DNA of 28,701 bases, from NCBI GenBank assembly GCA_964522265.1, contig CAZFVS010000004.1, forward strand, positions 1-28,701, written 5' to 3'. A program made the position numbers and the translations under genes. Every line of letters begins with the position of its first letter. Position 1 is the stretch's first letter. Origin of the DNA: an uncultured Gammaproteobacteria bacterium (GTDB taxonomy: Bacteria > Patescibacteriota > Microgenomatia > Daviesbacterales > UBA10151). The notes beneath the pieces were generated by a model, which was not told where the DNA came from, did not search any database, and was given only the letters and a program-made list of their open reading frames with translations. Shown here in pieces: positions 1 to 10,938 of this stretch.

Positions 1-62
1 GCGGACTAAAAGAATACAATTTTAGCTATTTAAATACAAACTGGGGTAATGTCAGGGTATTT

Positions 63-1271
63 TTAAGTAAACGAGGTAGTTAATTTATAAATAGGCAGAA
101 TGATAGATAATATTAAAAATGCTACCCCAACCCCCAAAACCACCAAAACAATAGGTTCAATAGCAACTGTTAGGTTTTTAACCATATGGTCTGTTTCTGT
201 TTCAAAATATTCAGCCAGTTTGAAGGATACCTTATCAACCTTACCGGTTTCTTCTCCAACCCGGTACATCTGCGGAATGATTTTGGGGAAAACGCCGGCC
301 AGTTCCAGCTGGGTCGAAAAAGCCAAACCCCTTTCCACACCTTTCTGCACTTCTATGAGCACATTTTGGAAAACCCTGTTTCCTATAACTTCTGCAGCAA
401 TTTTTAAGCCCTCCAAAATAGGCACTCCTGCAGTAGTCAGCAGTCCGAAAGTACGGGTGAAGTTTGTTAAAGCTGTCCCCTGGATAATTTTACCTACAAG
501 CGGAATTTTTATTAATAAACCGTCAAAAGTCAACCTGCCTGAGGGCGTAGAAACCCATCTCCTAAAAAGGATTATCCCAAAAACCAGACCAGCTAATACC
601 AACCACCAAAAATTTATAAAGAAACCTGATACGGCGATCAGGATTTTGGTCGGAAGCGGTAATTCAATATTTGATTGGGAGTAAAGTGAAAGCAGTCTCG
701 GTATTACAAAAAAAATCATAATACCGGCTACTATCATCATCATAGATATCACCATCGCCGGGTAGATCAATGCTCCCTTGATTTTGCTCCTGAATTCCCG
801 ATCCAATTCTAAATTAGTGGCCATCTGTACTAGAATAATATCGAGTTTTCCAGATTCCTCACCAGCCTTAACAAGACTGGAATAAAGCGGAGGGAAAACA
901 TCAGGGTGTTTTTTTAAGGCTGCTGCCAAACCCAATCCACCTTTGATATCCCTTGATACCTCCCCTAAAACCTCTTTGAACCTTTTATTCGACTGCTGTT
1001 CGGTCAGGATATCTACAGCCTCGGACAACACCAGGCCGGACTCAACCATGGTGGCAAGCTGGCGGGTTGCTATAACTAAATCATTAAAGGAAACTTTATT
1101 AAGAATTTTATTTAAAACACTTTTGCCGCCTTCTGCCTTTTTGTTGATTGAAATTATTACCAACCCCTTTTTACTTAAAATTTGCGCAACCTGGGACTCA
1201 TCGACAGTTTCTATAGTACCTAAATGATCTGCTCCCCGTAAATCTCTCGCACGGTAAGTAAAAATGGCCAT
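63..1271 (-). CDS. pilC: Type IV pilus assembly platform protein (GspF/PilC family), 402 aa
   Basis: Two repeats of the T2SS-F fold pattern with hydrophobic helices (e.g. ALIYPAMVISMMMIVAGIMIFFVIP, IEPIVLVVLGVGVAFLILSIILPIY). The ATG at 1271 directly abuts the pilT stop (TAAATG). It sits in a pilB-pilT-pilC block. Confidence 0.85.
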   Translation of the reverse strand: MAIFTYRARDLRGADHLGTIETVDESQVAQILSKKGLVIISINKKAEGGKSVLNKILNKVSFNDLVIATRQLATMVESGLVLSEAVDILTEQQSNKRFKEVLGEVSRDIKGGLGLAAALKKHPDVFPPLYSSLVKAGEESGKLDIILVQMATNLELDREFRSKIKGALIYPAMVISMMMIVAGIMIFFVIPRLLSLYSQSNIELPLPTKILIAVSGFFINFWWLVLAGLVFGIILFRRWVSTPSGRLTFDGLLIKIPLVGKIIQGTALTNFTRTFGLLTTAGVPILEGLKIAAEVIGNRVFQNVLIEVQKGVERGLAFSTQLELAGVFPKIIPQMYRVGEETGKVDKVSFKLAEYFETETDHMVKNLTVAIEPIVLVVLGVGVAFLILSIILPIYKLTTSFT

Positions 1272-2335
1272 TTAATTGCCTGTTATTCCCAATAATTTGT
1301 TCAGCAGCTGGGGCCTGTAAGAATAGTTTTGGGCAATTTCAGCAGTAATATTACCCTCCCTTACTAAGGTTGCTAAAGAATTCTCCATAGTTCTCATGCC
1401 CATCTCCCCAGAGGTTTGTATCATGTTATCTATCAGGTGTGTTTTTCCCTCCCTAATCATTGCACGAAGAGCAGGGGTTGCAAATAAAAGTTCCGAAGCC
1501 AAAACTCTGCCCGGAGAAATAGTTGGTATTAACCGTTGCGATATCACAGCCTCCAAAACTGCAGCCAGCTGTACTCTGATCTGTGGTTGCTGGTCAACAG
1601 GAAAAACATCAACAACGCGGTCTATGGTTTGGGATGCCGAATTAGTGTGAAGGGTAGCAAAGACAAGATGACCTGTTTCGGCAATAGTCATCGCTGCTGA
1701 CATCGTTTCCAGATCACGCATCTCTCCAATTAAAACTACATCCGGATCTTCTCTAAGAGCAGATTTTAAGGCATTCGACCAGGACTTTGTATCCGAATTA
1801 AGCTCTCTTTGGGATATCATTGAACGGCCTTTAGGGTAAACATACTCAATAGGATCCTCAATTGCTACGATATGAGCATTTCTTGAAAGGTTAATCTGGT
1901 TTATGAAAGCAGCAAGGGTCGTGGACTTACCATGACTGTCGGGCCTGTCACTAAGATAAATCCCTGCCTCAACTCCGGGATTCTCGATACTACTTGTGGC
2001 AATCCTGTCTGCTCCAGTGTCCTAATCTGTCTTGGAATTAATCTGAAGGCTGCCGCCAAACCGCCTCGTTGCTTATACAAGTTTACCCTAAATCTGGCCT
2101 TACCCTCAAAATCCAGGCCTAAATCAAGCTCCCAGTTTTGGGTCAGGATATTCTTCTGATGGGGAACCAGTAAAGGAAAGATTAACCCTTCAATCTCGGG
2201 TTCAGAAGTCTTTTCTGTACCCTGTATTGCCACCAGTTCCCCATTTACCCTAAGCGAGGGCATCTCTCCCACTAAAATATGCAGATCAGAAGCATTTCTG
2301 GCAATTGTCAGATCCAATAATTGTTGAATAGTCAT
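1272..2335 (-). pseudogene. pilT: Twitching-motility ATPase PilT interrupted by a 1-nt frameshift in the Walker A motif
   Basis: The N-terminal ORF (1901-2335) ends ...GFILVTGPTVMVSPRP*. From 1931 downward another frame reads GKSTTLAAFINQINLSRNAHIVAIEDPIEYVYPKGRS and runs straight into the 1272-1820 ORF (REDPDVVLIGEMRDLETM...ETGHLVFATLHTNSA). Together these give a full-length PilT. The break maps to about 1932-1940 (acagtcatggtaag). Confidence 0.8.
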
Positions 2336-2339
2336 TACA

Positions 2340-4040
2340 TTAGTCTTGTGCTACCCTGAGCACTTCCTCCAGGGTTGTCACCCCTTCTAAGGTTTTCAAA
2401 AAACCATCTTGTTTAAGTGTCATCATACCTTCTGCAGTCGCCTGTTTTTCTATCTGAGCCGTAGACGCCCTCCCAAGTAATAATCTCATAATTTTATCTG
2501 AAACTACAAGTACCTCAAAAATCCCGATCCTGCCCAGATAACCAAGATTACCACATTCTACACAACCTTTTCCCTTAAAAAGTTGGATTTGTTTTGTCGG
2601 CATATATATACCTAAAATTGAAGTTATATTTTCCAAAACTTCGGGAGGAGGGTTGTAGGCGTAACGGCAATGTGTACAAATCTTCCTTAAAATCCTTTGC
2701 CCAACTACAGCATTTATGGAAGAAGCAAGTAAAAACGGCTCTGCACCCATATCCAAAAGTCTTGGCAAAGCGCCTGATGCAGAATTAGTATGGAGGGTGG
2801 AAAAAACCTGGTGGCCGGTCAGTGCAGCCTGAATCGCTAACTCAGTTGTTTCTGTATCCCGTATCTCCCCCACGAGGATTATATTGGGATCTTGGCGTAA
2901 AAAAGAGCGCAGGGCTGATGCAAAAGTTAAACCGATCTGGGAATTAACCTGAACCTGGTTCGCACCTGCGATATGGTATTCAACTGGGTCTTCAATTGTC
3001 AGAATATTGACTTTTGTGGAAGACAACCTGGATAAAATTGAATATAGGGAGGTTGTTTTACCGGAACCAGTAGGACCACATATTAGTATTATCCCATGGG
3101 TCCTTAACAGTTGTGCATCAAGGTTTTTTAATGCACTTGCCCTAAGCCCCAATTCTTGTAGCGTCGGCGGCTGGGTAGATTTAGGTAAAAGGCGCAAAAC
3201 CACCTTTTCCCCGAAAACAGTTGGAAGGGTTGAAACACGCAGGTCTATATCAACATCATGGTAGTCAAAAGTAAAACGGCCATCTTGAGGAAGCCTGTGC
3301 TCGTCAATCTTAAGGTTTGCCAAAATCTTAACCCTGGAGATCACTGCTTCATGTACTTTTTTCGTTATTTTTATTTTCTCATGCAATATACCGTCAATTC
3401 TAAAACGAACCCGGGTCTGACCTTCTTCCGGCTCTATATGGATGTCTGAAGATTTAGTTTTAGCGGCATATTCTAAAAGCTGCATGACTATATTGGAAAC
3501 AGGAGCCTCCCTGATAACTTCAGCCTTATCCAATTCCGAAGGTTTTTCTTCTACAGCCACCTCTCCAACTTCCTTGAGAGCTGAAACAACCTGGGATGTT
3601 AAGTTTTGTTGGTACTGCTCACTAATCACCTTCATGATATCGTCCGGTAAAGCCAGGAACCGTTCGATCTTTTTATTGGTTTTTTTCTCGATAAATTGAA
3701 TTACCTGCAGATCTAAAGGATCTGCCATCGCCACAAATATGGTGTCCTGGTTCTGCCCAAAAGGTATCAGTTTATACCGCCTTGCTACCTGTTCCGGGAT
3801 AAGACTTAAGGCTTCTGTTGAGACCGCCTTACCTTCCATTTTGATAAAAGGAACATTGAGCTGCAGTGCGTGCACTCGGCCAACCTGTTCAGGTGTAGCA
3901 AAACTGTGGTCTAAAATAATTTTTTCAGTACTTTGACCGGTACTGATACTTTCAAGCTTGATGGCAGAAACCTGGTCGGGCCTGAGTAAGCCTTCAGAAA
4001 GCAGTATATCTTCTACTGAATTTTGTTGATTTGGCTGCAT
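2340..4040 (-). CDS. pilB: Type IV pilus assembly ATPase PilB (GspE family), 566 aa
   Basis: It has an N-terminal GSPII_E_N-like region, Walker A GPTGSGKTT, GEIRDTETTELA, ALTGHQVFSTLHTNSA and a tetracysteine cluster CTHC...CVEC. Confidence 0.88.
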   Translation of the reverse strand: MQPNQQNSVEDILLSEGLLRPDQVSAIKLESISTGQSTEKIILDHSFATPEQVGRVHALQLNVPFIKMEGKAVSTEALSLIPEQVARRYKLIPFGQNQDTIFVAMADPLDLQVIQFIEKKTNKKIERFLALPDDIMKVISEQYQQNLTSQVVSALKEVGEVAVEEKPSELDKAEVIREAPVSNIVMQLLEYAAKTKSSDIHIEPEEGQTRVRFRIDGILHEKIKITKKVHEAVISRVKILANLKIDEHRLPQDGRFTFDYHDVDIDLRVSTLPTVFGEKVVLRLLPKSTQPPTLQELGLRASALKNLDAQLLRTHGIILICGPTGSGKTTSLYSILSRLSSTKVNILTIEDPVEYHIAGANQVQVNSQIGLTFASALRSFLRQDPNIILVGEIRDTETTELAIQAALTGHQVFSTLHTNSASGALPRLLDMGAEPFLLASSINAVVGQRILRKICTHCRYAYNPPPEVLENITSILGIYMPTKQIQLFKGKGCVECGNLGYLGRIGIFEVLVVSDKIMRLLLGRASTAQIEKQATAEGMMTLKQDGFLKTLEGVTTLEEVLRVAQD

Positions 4041-4050
4041 CTATTCCATT

Positions 4051-4076
4051 ATTATAAAGTTTGGAGCCACTGTCAA
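4051..4076 (-). promoter_or_regulatory. Possible pilB promoter: TTGACA (4076-4071) and TATAAT (4056-4051), with the -10 box 10 nt upstream of the pilB ATG
   Basis: Both hexamers are read directly on the minus strand. The spacer is only 14 nt, so the -35 assignment is doubtful. Confidence 0.35.
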
Positions 4077-4084
4077 TAATCTCA

Positions 4085-4113
4085 TTGATATTTACAACCA
4101 CAGGCCGTATATT
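4085..4113 (+). promoter_or_regulatory. Sigma70-type promoter TTGATA-17-TATATT, ending 7 nt upstream of the ATG at 4121
   Basis: Hexamers lie at 4085-4090 and 4108-4113 with a 17-nt spacer. There is no Shine-Dalgarno between the -10 box and the ATG. Confidence 0.5.
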
Positions 4114-4120
4114 TCCTATT

Positions 4121-4759
4121 ATGCTTGTAAAGATTTTGATTTCGCCGCTTTTGGAATCAAGAATCAGAGGGGCGGAGGAGATTTTAACTCAAATACAACT
4201 GACTCAAAAACACCCTGATGTTTTGTGGTTTCCTAACCACTCCAAACTTGGGGTGGAACAAGCAAACACTATCAGGGAACACTTAAGTTTAAAACCATAT
4301 TCTGCCAATAACCGAGCTATCGTGATAGAAAGTGCACAAAATTTTACTTTGGATGCTCAAAATGCACTACTCAAAACCCTGGAGGAACCTCCAGAGAATG
4401 CTGTAATTATCCTGGGCGCTGAAACAGAACACAATTTACTACCAACAGTTCTATCAAGGTGTAATGTGGAATTTTTAGAAAAGACGCCTTTTTTAGGTAG
4501 AGATATAGAAAACTATGACCGGTCAGTGGAAGGGTTAATAGATATGTCCCTGGAGGAGAGATTTGAATATATTGAAAAGCTCAAGGACAGAGAGGGCTTC
4601 CTGCAAACGCTCATCATATTTTTTCAAAAACAGTTAAAATCCCAACCCGGGAATGGGATTTTGGAATTTGCCAAAGACCTGCTACAGGCAGAAGAGTGGG
4701 TCAAATCTAACGGCAATATCAGGGCAATTCTGGAATATTTAATGCTAAAAATACCATAA
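4121..4759 (+). CDS. holB: Short DNA polymerase III delta-prime-like clamp-loader subunit (about 212 aa) lacking a P-loop
   Basis: Motifs present: HPDVLWF, LDAQNALLKTLEEPPENAVIILG and LLPTVLSRC (sensor/SRC motif). The ORF track opens at a TTG at 4061. I prefer the ATG at 4121 because a promoter sits immediately upstream. Confidence 0.6.
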   Translation: MLVKILISPLLESRIRGAEEILTQIQLTQKHPDVLWFPNHSKLGVEQANTIREHLSLKPYSANNRAIVIESAQNFTLDAQNALLKTLEEPPENAVIILGAETEHNLLPTVLSRCNVEFLEKTPFLGRDIENYDRSVEGLIDMSLEERFEYIEKLKDREGFLQTLIIFFQKQLKSQPGNGILEFAKDLLQAEEWVKSNGNIRAILEYLMLKIP

Positions 4760-4863
4760 TTAAAACCTCGTGATTATATTTTTGGGTTTTTCTGACAACC
4801 TAATCTATATATCAACTCTTGCAAAATCAGTCCTGAGCTGTTAAACTAACATCTCAGGGTTAA

Positions 4864-6849
<1,986 letters not shown>

Positions 6850-6882
6850 CAAGAATTGTGCGCGAAGCTATAAGCGAGTTTC

Positions 6883-6911
6883 TTGACATTTATATAAACC
6901 TATAGTATAAT
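6883..6911 (+). promoter_or_regulatory. Perfect-consensus sigma70 promoter TTGACA-17-TATAAT, ending 10 nt upstream of the ATG at 6922
   Basis: TTGACA lies at 6883-6888 and TATAAT at 6906-6911. The spacer is 17 nt. Confidence 0.7.
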
Positions 6912-6921
6912 ATTCTCCATA

Positions 6922-7206
6922 ATGAATATTGAACACGAACCTCAAATTAATGGTTACGGCGCTTTTGGCAGTGTAGAGGAATTTGCCCTGGCTGTTGAGG
7001 CGAGGAAAAAAGCAGGATTACCCCTTACCGGCAGCGGTGAAATTTTGCTGGGGGCTGAATTTATCAGCAGGTGGGAGATTAAAAAACCTCATATCAACTA
7101 TCCGCGGCTGAAAGTCAATGTCAGTACCCGCGGGGATCTGGTCATAACTTCTGATGAACCGATCGCAGGGCTTGGCCCCTGGAAAACACTAAACCCAATT
7201 ATTTAA
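6922..7206 (+). CDS. Hypothetical protein, 94 aa
   Basis: An ORF with no competing frame, directly downstream of a consensus promoter. I recognise no family. Confidence 0.5.
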   Translation: MNIEHEPQINGYGAFGSVEEFALAVEARKKAGLPLTGSGEILLGAEFISRWEIKKPHINYPRLKVNVSTRGDLVITSDEPIAGLGPWKTLNPII

Positions 7207-7244
7207 CCGAACAACTGACACAAACTGATTTTATTTTTACAAGT

Positions 7245-7253
7245 TGGTATTAT
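7245..7253 (+). promoter_or_regulatory. Extended -10 element TGgTATTAT, 8 nt upstream of the ATG at 7262
   Basis: Read directly. I saw no clear -35 box. Confidence 0.35.
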
Positions 7254-7261
7254 ATACCATA

Positions 7262-8023
7262 ATGTATACAACAATCGGTAAACAACAGATATATTATCAA
7301 AAAGTGGGCAAGGGCAGGGATCTGGCTATGCTCCATGGCTGGGGACAGGATGTATCCAGTTTCTGGGGTGTTGCAGAATTACTCAAGAATGATTTCACCC
7401 TATGGCTAATAGACTTACCTGGATTCGGGAGGTCTGATCTGCCTCAAAAACCATTTACAGTTTCAGATTATGCTGAAGTTATCAGGCAGTTTATTTTGCG
7501 AAATAAGATCCGTGATGCTGTTTTACTAGGCCATTCATTGGGCGGGCGGATCGCCATAAAACTTGCAGCCTCTCAAAAATCACACCCGGGGGATGTGATT
7601 TCAAAGTTAATTTTGGAGGATGCGGCAGGAATTAAACCTAAAAGGGATCTGATTAAATTTTTTATCTACCCGGCGGCCAAAATTTTCCGTCATCTGCCCA
7701 ATTTTTTAAACCTTAAAAATAAATTGCGCCACTGGTTTTATAAAAGCTTGAAAGCTGATTATATAAATGCCGGCCCACTTAAAGAGACGCTGACTAATAT
7801 CCTTGAAGAAGACTTAACACCGGATCTGCCCAGAATCACAACAGAGACGCTGCTCATCTGGGGCGAAAAGGACCCAACCCAAGAAGCATCCCTCAGTAAT
7901 GGGAAAAAGATGTACAAACTGATTCCTAATGCCAGGCTTGAAGTCATAGAAAACGTTGGCCATTTTCCGCACCTGGAAAATCCGGAAAGGTTTGTGTACT
8001 GGATTAAGGAGTTCATTTTATGA
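7262..8023 (+). CDS. Alpha/beta-fold hydrolase (about 253 aa)
   Basis: It has an HGWG oxyanion motif, the nucleophile elbow GHSLGG and a C-terminal GHFPHLE (catalytic His region). The ORF track starts at a TTG at 7244; I prefer the ATG at 7262. The stop overlaps the murF start (ATGA). Confidence 0.8.
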   Translation: MYTTIGKQQIYYQKVGKGRDLAMLHGWGQDVSSFWGVAELLKNDFTLWLIDLPGFGRSDLPQKPFTVSDYAEVIRQFILRNKIRDAVLLGHSLGGRIAIKLAASQKSHPGDVISKLILEDAAGIKPKRDLIKFFIYPAAKIFRHLPNFLNLKNKLRHWFYKSLKADYINAGPLKETLTNILEEDLTPDLPRITTETLLIWGEKDPTQEASLSNGKKMYKLIPNARLEVIENVGHFPHLENPERFVYWIKEFIL

Positions 8024-9441
8024 AATATCTAAAAATATTATTTCCTTTATCGGATCATCTTTATATATTTCAGATACTGGAATACAACCCGGTGGCATTT
8101 ATTAACTGGTTTCTAAGATACCCCTTCAAACGAAATTTGCAGAAAAAACATCAGCTGACTGCTACCCCTAAAGCAAGTCTGCTATTTATTATTTCACTGC
8201 TGCTGATGACTAAGGCTGCCATCATATCAAACTTATTGTTTCTGAGGGGTTTTGATTTGCCGGTGGTTATATTTCTTATTATATATTTTCAACTTTTTTC
8301 ACCTATTTTTCTACTTTTTAGCCAACTCATACTCTGGCCTTATGAACAATATTCCAAAAGAAAGATTATTAAGGCTGCACAAAAAAAGCTTGCCCAATGT
8401 AAAGGGTTAAGGATAGTTGCCATAACCGGAAGTTTTGCCAAAACATCCACTAAAAATATGCTCTATACTTTGCTTTGGAAAAAATACCGAGTCGTAAAAA
8501 CTCCTAAAAGTTATAATAACCCGCTGTCTATTGCCCAAACTATTCTGAAGGATGTCAAAGATAATACGGAAATTCTGATAGTAGAAGTCGGGGCATACAA
8601 AAAAGGTGAGATCAGAAAAGTAACCGGCTGGTTAAAACCGGATATGGGGATAATTACAGGCATAGCCCCTCAGCATCTGGAAAGGTTTGGATCTTTAAAA
8701 AATATTGCCCATGCAAAATTTGAACTGGTGGAAGGACTGGCAAAAAATAGTATTGCTGTTGTAAACGGGGAAAGTGAAATGCTGATTAAACTGGCTAAAA
8801 AAACAAAATGCAAGGTAATTTTTTATGGCACACAGAAGAATTTGTATTATGCATCTGGTATTAAAGTTGCACTACCGGGAACATCTTTTATTTTACACAC
8901 CACCCAAAATTTGTTACCGATCAATATCCCTCTTATTGGAGAACACCATGTCCAAAACTTTTTAGCAGCAGCTGCGGCAGCTTCATCTTTAGGAATGAGC
9001 CTGAAGGAGATAGGGGAGAGGGCGGACAAATTTCTGCCAACCCCGCACCGGCTTGAGATAAAAAATGAGGGCAGTATGACAATAATAGACAACAGCTACA
9101 ACACCAATCCAGATTCTGCAAAAATTTCTTTTAAGCTTTTAAAGGAGTACCCGGGCGGTCAAAAAATCATAATAACCCCGGGACTGATTGAGTTGGGCAG
9201 TGAAAGCTCCACTAAAAATCAGGAATTTGCAAAAGATGCTGCAAAAATTGCAAATGAAATAATAATAGTAGGGGAGACTAATAAAAAAGATTTGCTTGCA
9301 GGATTAAAAAATGCAAAATTCCTCAAAGGCAAAACCCACACAGCCAAGGATTTACAAGACGGCATGGATCTTTTACGTAAGATTGCCAAAGAGAGTGCGG
9401 TCGTCCTTATTGAAAATGATTTACCGGATCAATACTTTTAA
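8020..9441 (+). CDS. murF: MurF-like UDP-MurNAc-tripeptide--D-Ala-D-Ala ligase with a transmembrane N-terminal extension, 473 aa
   Basis: Mur ligase central and C-terminal motifs are present: ITGSFAKTSTKNML, GEHHVQNFLAAAAAASSLG, TPHRLE, DNSYNTNPDS. The first ~115 aa contain hydrophobic helices (LLFIISLLLMTKAAIISNLLFL, LPVVIFLIIYFQLFSPIFLLFSQLILWP) in place of the usual soluble domain 1. Confidence 0.8.
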   Translation: MKYLKILFPLSDHLYIFQILEYNPVAFINWFLRYPFKRNLQKKHQLTATPKASLLFIISLLLMTKAAIISNLLFLRGFDLPVVIFLIIYFQLFSPIFLLFSQLILWPYEQYSKRKIIKAAQKKLAQCKGLRIVAITGSFAKTSTKNMLYTLLWKKYRVVKTPKSYNNPLSIAQTILKDVKDNTEILIVEVGAYKKGEIRKVTGWLKPDMGIITGIAPQHLERFGSLKNIAHAKFELVEGLAKNSIAVVNGESEMLIKLAKKTKCKVIFYGTQKNLYYASGIKVALPGTSFILHTTQNLLPINIPLIGEHHVQNFLAAAAAASSLGMSLKEIGERADKFLPTPHRLEIKNEGSMTIIDNSYNTNPDSAKISFKLLKEYPGGQKIIITPGLIELGSESSTKNQEFAKDAAKIANEIIIVGETNKKDLLAGLKNAKFLKGKTHTAKDLQDGMDLLRKIAKESAVVLIENDLPDQYF

Positions 9442-9444
9442 AAC

Positions 9445-9705
9445 TTAACGTGCAACGTATTGATTTCTTTTTTGTTTTCTTCTTTCTCTGATAAAAGCTA
9501 CTGTCGGACCGACAAAGACACCTGTAAAGCTTATGAATAGCGTTTCATTATAGGTTTGCCTCCCAATTAACTGATTTATACCTGCATAAGCCAGGGGCGT
9601 AATCAACCCTCCCCAATATACTCCACTCAACAAAGCATTATTCATGCTATTTTGCCTTACTTGTTCTTCCAATTTTTTAATGTGTTGTTCTCGATCCTGA
9701 GACAT
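9445..9705 (-). CDS. Small membrane protein, 86 aa
   Basis: It has its own promoter (below), two hydrophobic segments and a basic C-terminus. Confidence 0.5.
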   Translation of the reverse strand: MSQDREQHIKKLEEQVRQNSMNNALLSGVYWGGLITPLAYAGINQLIGRQTYNETLFISFTGVFVGPTVAFIRERRKQKRNQYVAR

Positions 9706-9713
9706 GTTTGAAG

Positions 9714-9741
9714 ATTATATCACATTGTCAATATTGTCAAG
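9714..9741 (-). promoter_or_regulatory. Promoter TTGACA-16-(TGa)TATAAT, with the -10 box ending 8 nt upstream of the ATG at 9705
   Basis: Minus strand: TTGACA at 9741-9736 and TGATATAAT at 9722-9714. A second TTGACA lies at 9732-9727. Confidence 0.6.
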
Positions 9742-9743
9742 CA

Positions 9744-10931
9744 TCATTTTTTTGATCCTGAACCGGAAGCCATTTGGGAGAGTAACCCTGAATTAAGGGT
9801 GTACTGGGTCTTTTTCTGATCCTCAAACCTTTCCAAAGCATAGTTGATTAATTTGTCCAAAAGCTGCGGGTATCTGAGCCCTGATTTTTCCCAAAGGTAA
9901 AAAGCCAGAGAACCCGGGGGGGAATTTATCTCATTCACCCAAAATTTTTCCAGTTTAGGATCTACAAAAAAATCTATCCTGGCCACACCGCAGCCGTCAA
10001 ATGATTTAAAAATTTTCACTGTTGCCTGCTGAATCTGTTTTGTCAGTTTTTCACTGATGGGGGCGGGGATAACCCTGGAAAGCGAAGCCATACCGGCACC
10101 CTTACCACCTTTGCCACCCCGCTTGTACTTATCCTCAAAGCTTAAAATTCCGGAGGATGCAACCGGCATCTCACAGACAGAGGCTTTTACATCCTCACCA
10201 TACCCTAAAACAGAACAATTAACCTCTATACAGTTTTCAAAAGCTTCCTCAACTAAAATTTTATCCGAGTAGACTGAGGCAACTTCGATGGCAAAGGAGA
10301 GTGAATCCTCATCTTTGGCGGGATTTATCCCGATTGATGAACCGATATTGGCAGGCTTAATAAATAAAGGGAATTCCATGTCATCCTGCTCGCGAAGCGG
10401 TGCTTCCTCTACTTGTTTCAGGATCTTTTTAGGATTCTTCTCCCATTCTTTTCTGTTTACTGCAAAATATTTCCCAACTCCTAAACCCAGTTCCTTATAA
10501 ACCGCTTTTTGCAAAACTTTATCCATACCCAATGCCGAACCTGTTACACCAAATCCGACATAAGGGATCTGGTAAATCTCAAAAAGCCCCTGGATGCAAC
10601 CATCCTCCCCGAAGCTGCCGTGGAACAGGGGAAATGCCACATCAATTGGAGTAAATTTTTTAAAAAAACCCTGTTTTAAGTAACCGCCATGACCAAATTT
10701 ATTGGCCAAAAAAAGCTGGGCGGATGAAAGGAGTAAGCTTTCTATATCCTTGTAATTTTTAATATCCAAAAATTTCGGGTTGGTGAAAAAGTGGCCTGAT
10801 TTATCAACATAAATTGGGATTATCTCATATTTATTTTTATCCAAATTCTCATAAGCCTGAAGGGCAGTAATAACGCTTACTTCATGTTCCACACTCCGTC
10901 CGCCAAAAAATAAACCAATGCTGAGCTTCAT
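9744..10931 (-). CDS. ddl: D-alanine--D-alanine ligase, 395 aa
   Basis: Motifs present: FGGRSVEHEVS, FPLFHGSFGEDGCIQGLFE, an ATP-grasp core and EINSPPG. Confidence 0.92.
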   Translation of the reverse strand: MKLSIGLFFGGRSVEHEVSVITALQAYENLDKNKYEIIPIYVDKSGHFFTNPKFLDIKNYKDIESLLLSSAQLFLANKFGHGGYLKQGFFKKFTPIDVAFPLFHGSFGEDGCIQGLFEIYQIPYVGFGVTGSALGMDKVLQKAVYKELGLGVGKYFAVNRKEWEKNPKKILKQVEEAPLREQDDMEFPLFIKPANIGSSIGINPAKDEDSLSFAIEVASVYSDKILVEEAFENCIEVNCSVLGYGEDVKASVCEMPVASSGILSFEDKYKRGGKGGKGAGMASLSRVIPAPISEKLTKQIQQATVKIFKSFDGCGVARIDFFVDPKLEKFWVNEINSPPGSLAFYLWEKSGLRYPQLLDKLINYALERFEDQKKTQYTLNSGLLSQMASGSGSKK

Positions 10932-10938
10932 ACCATAA

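Noticed and set aside
100-684. A 194-aa plus-strand ORF, plus the ORFs at 186-407 and 943-1227, all lying inside pilC
   Set aside because: They are antisense to a well-supported pilC reading frame. Their products are low-complexity (Ser/Thr/Pro/Lys-rich), and no start signals are present.
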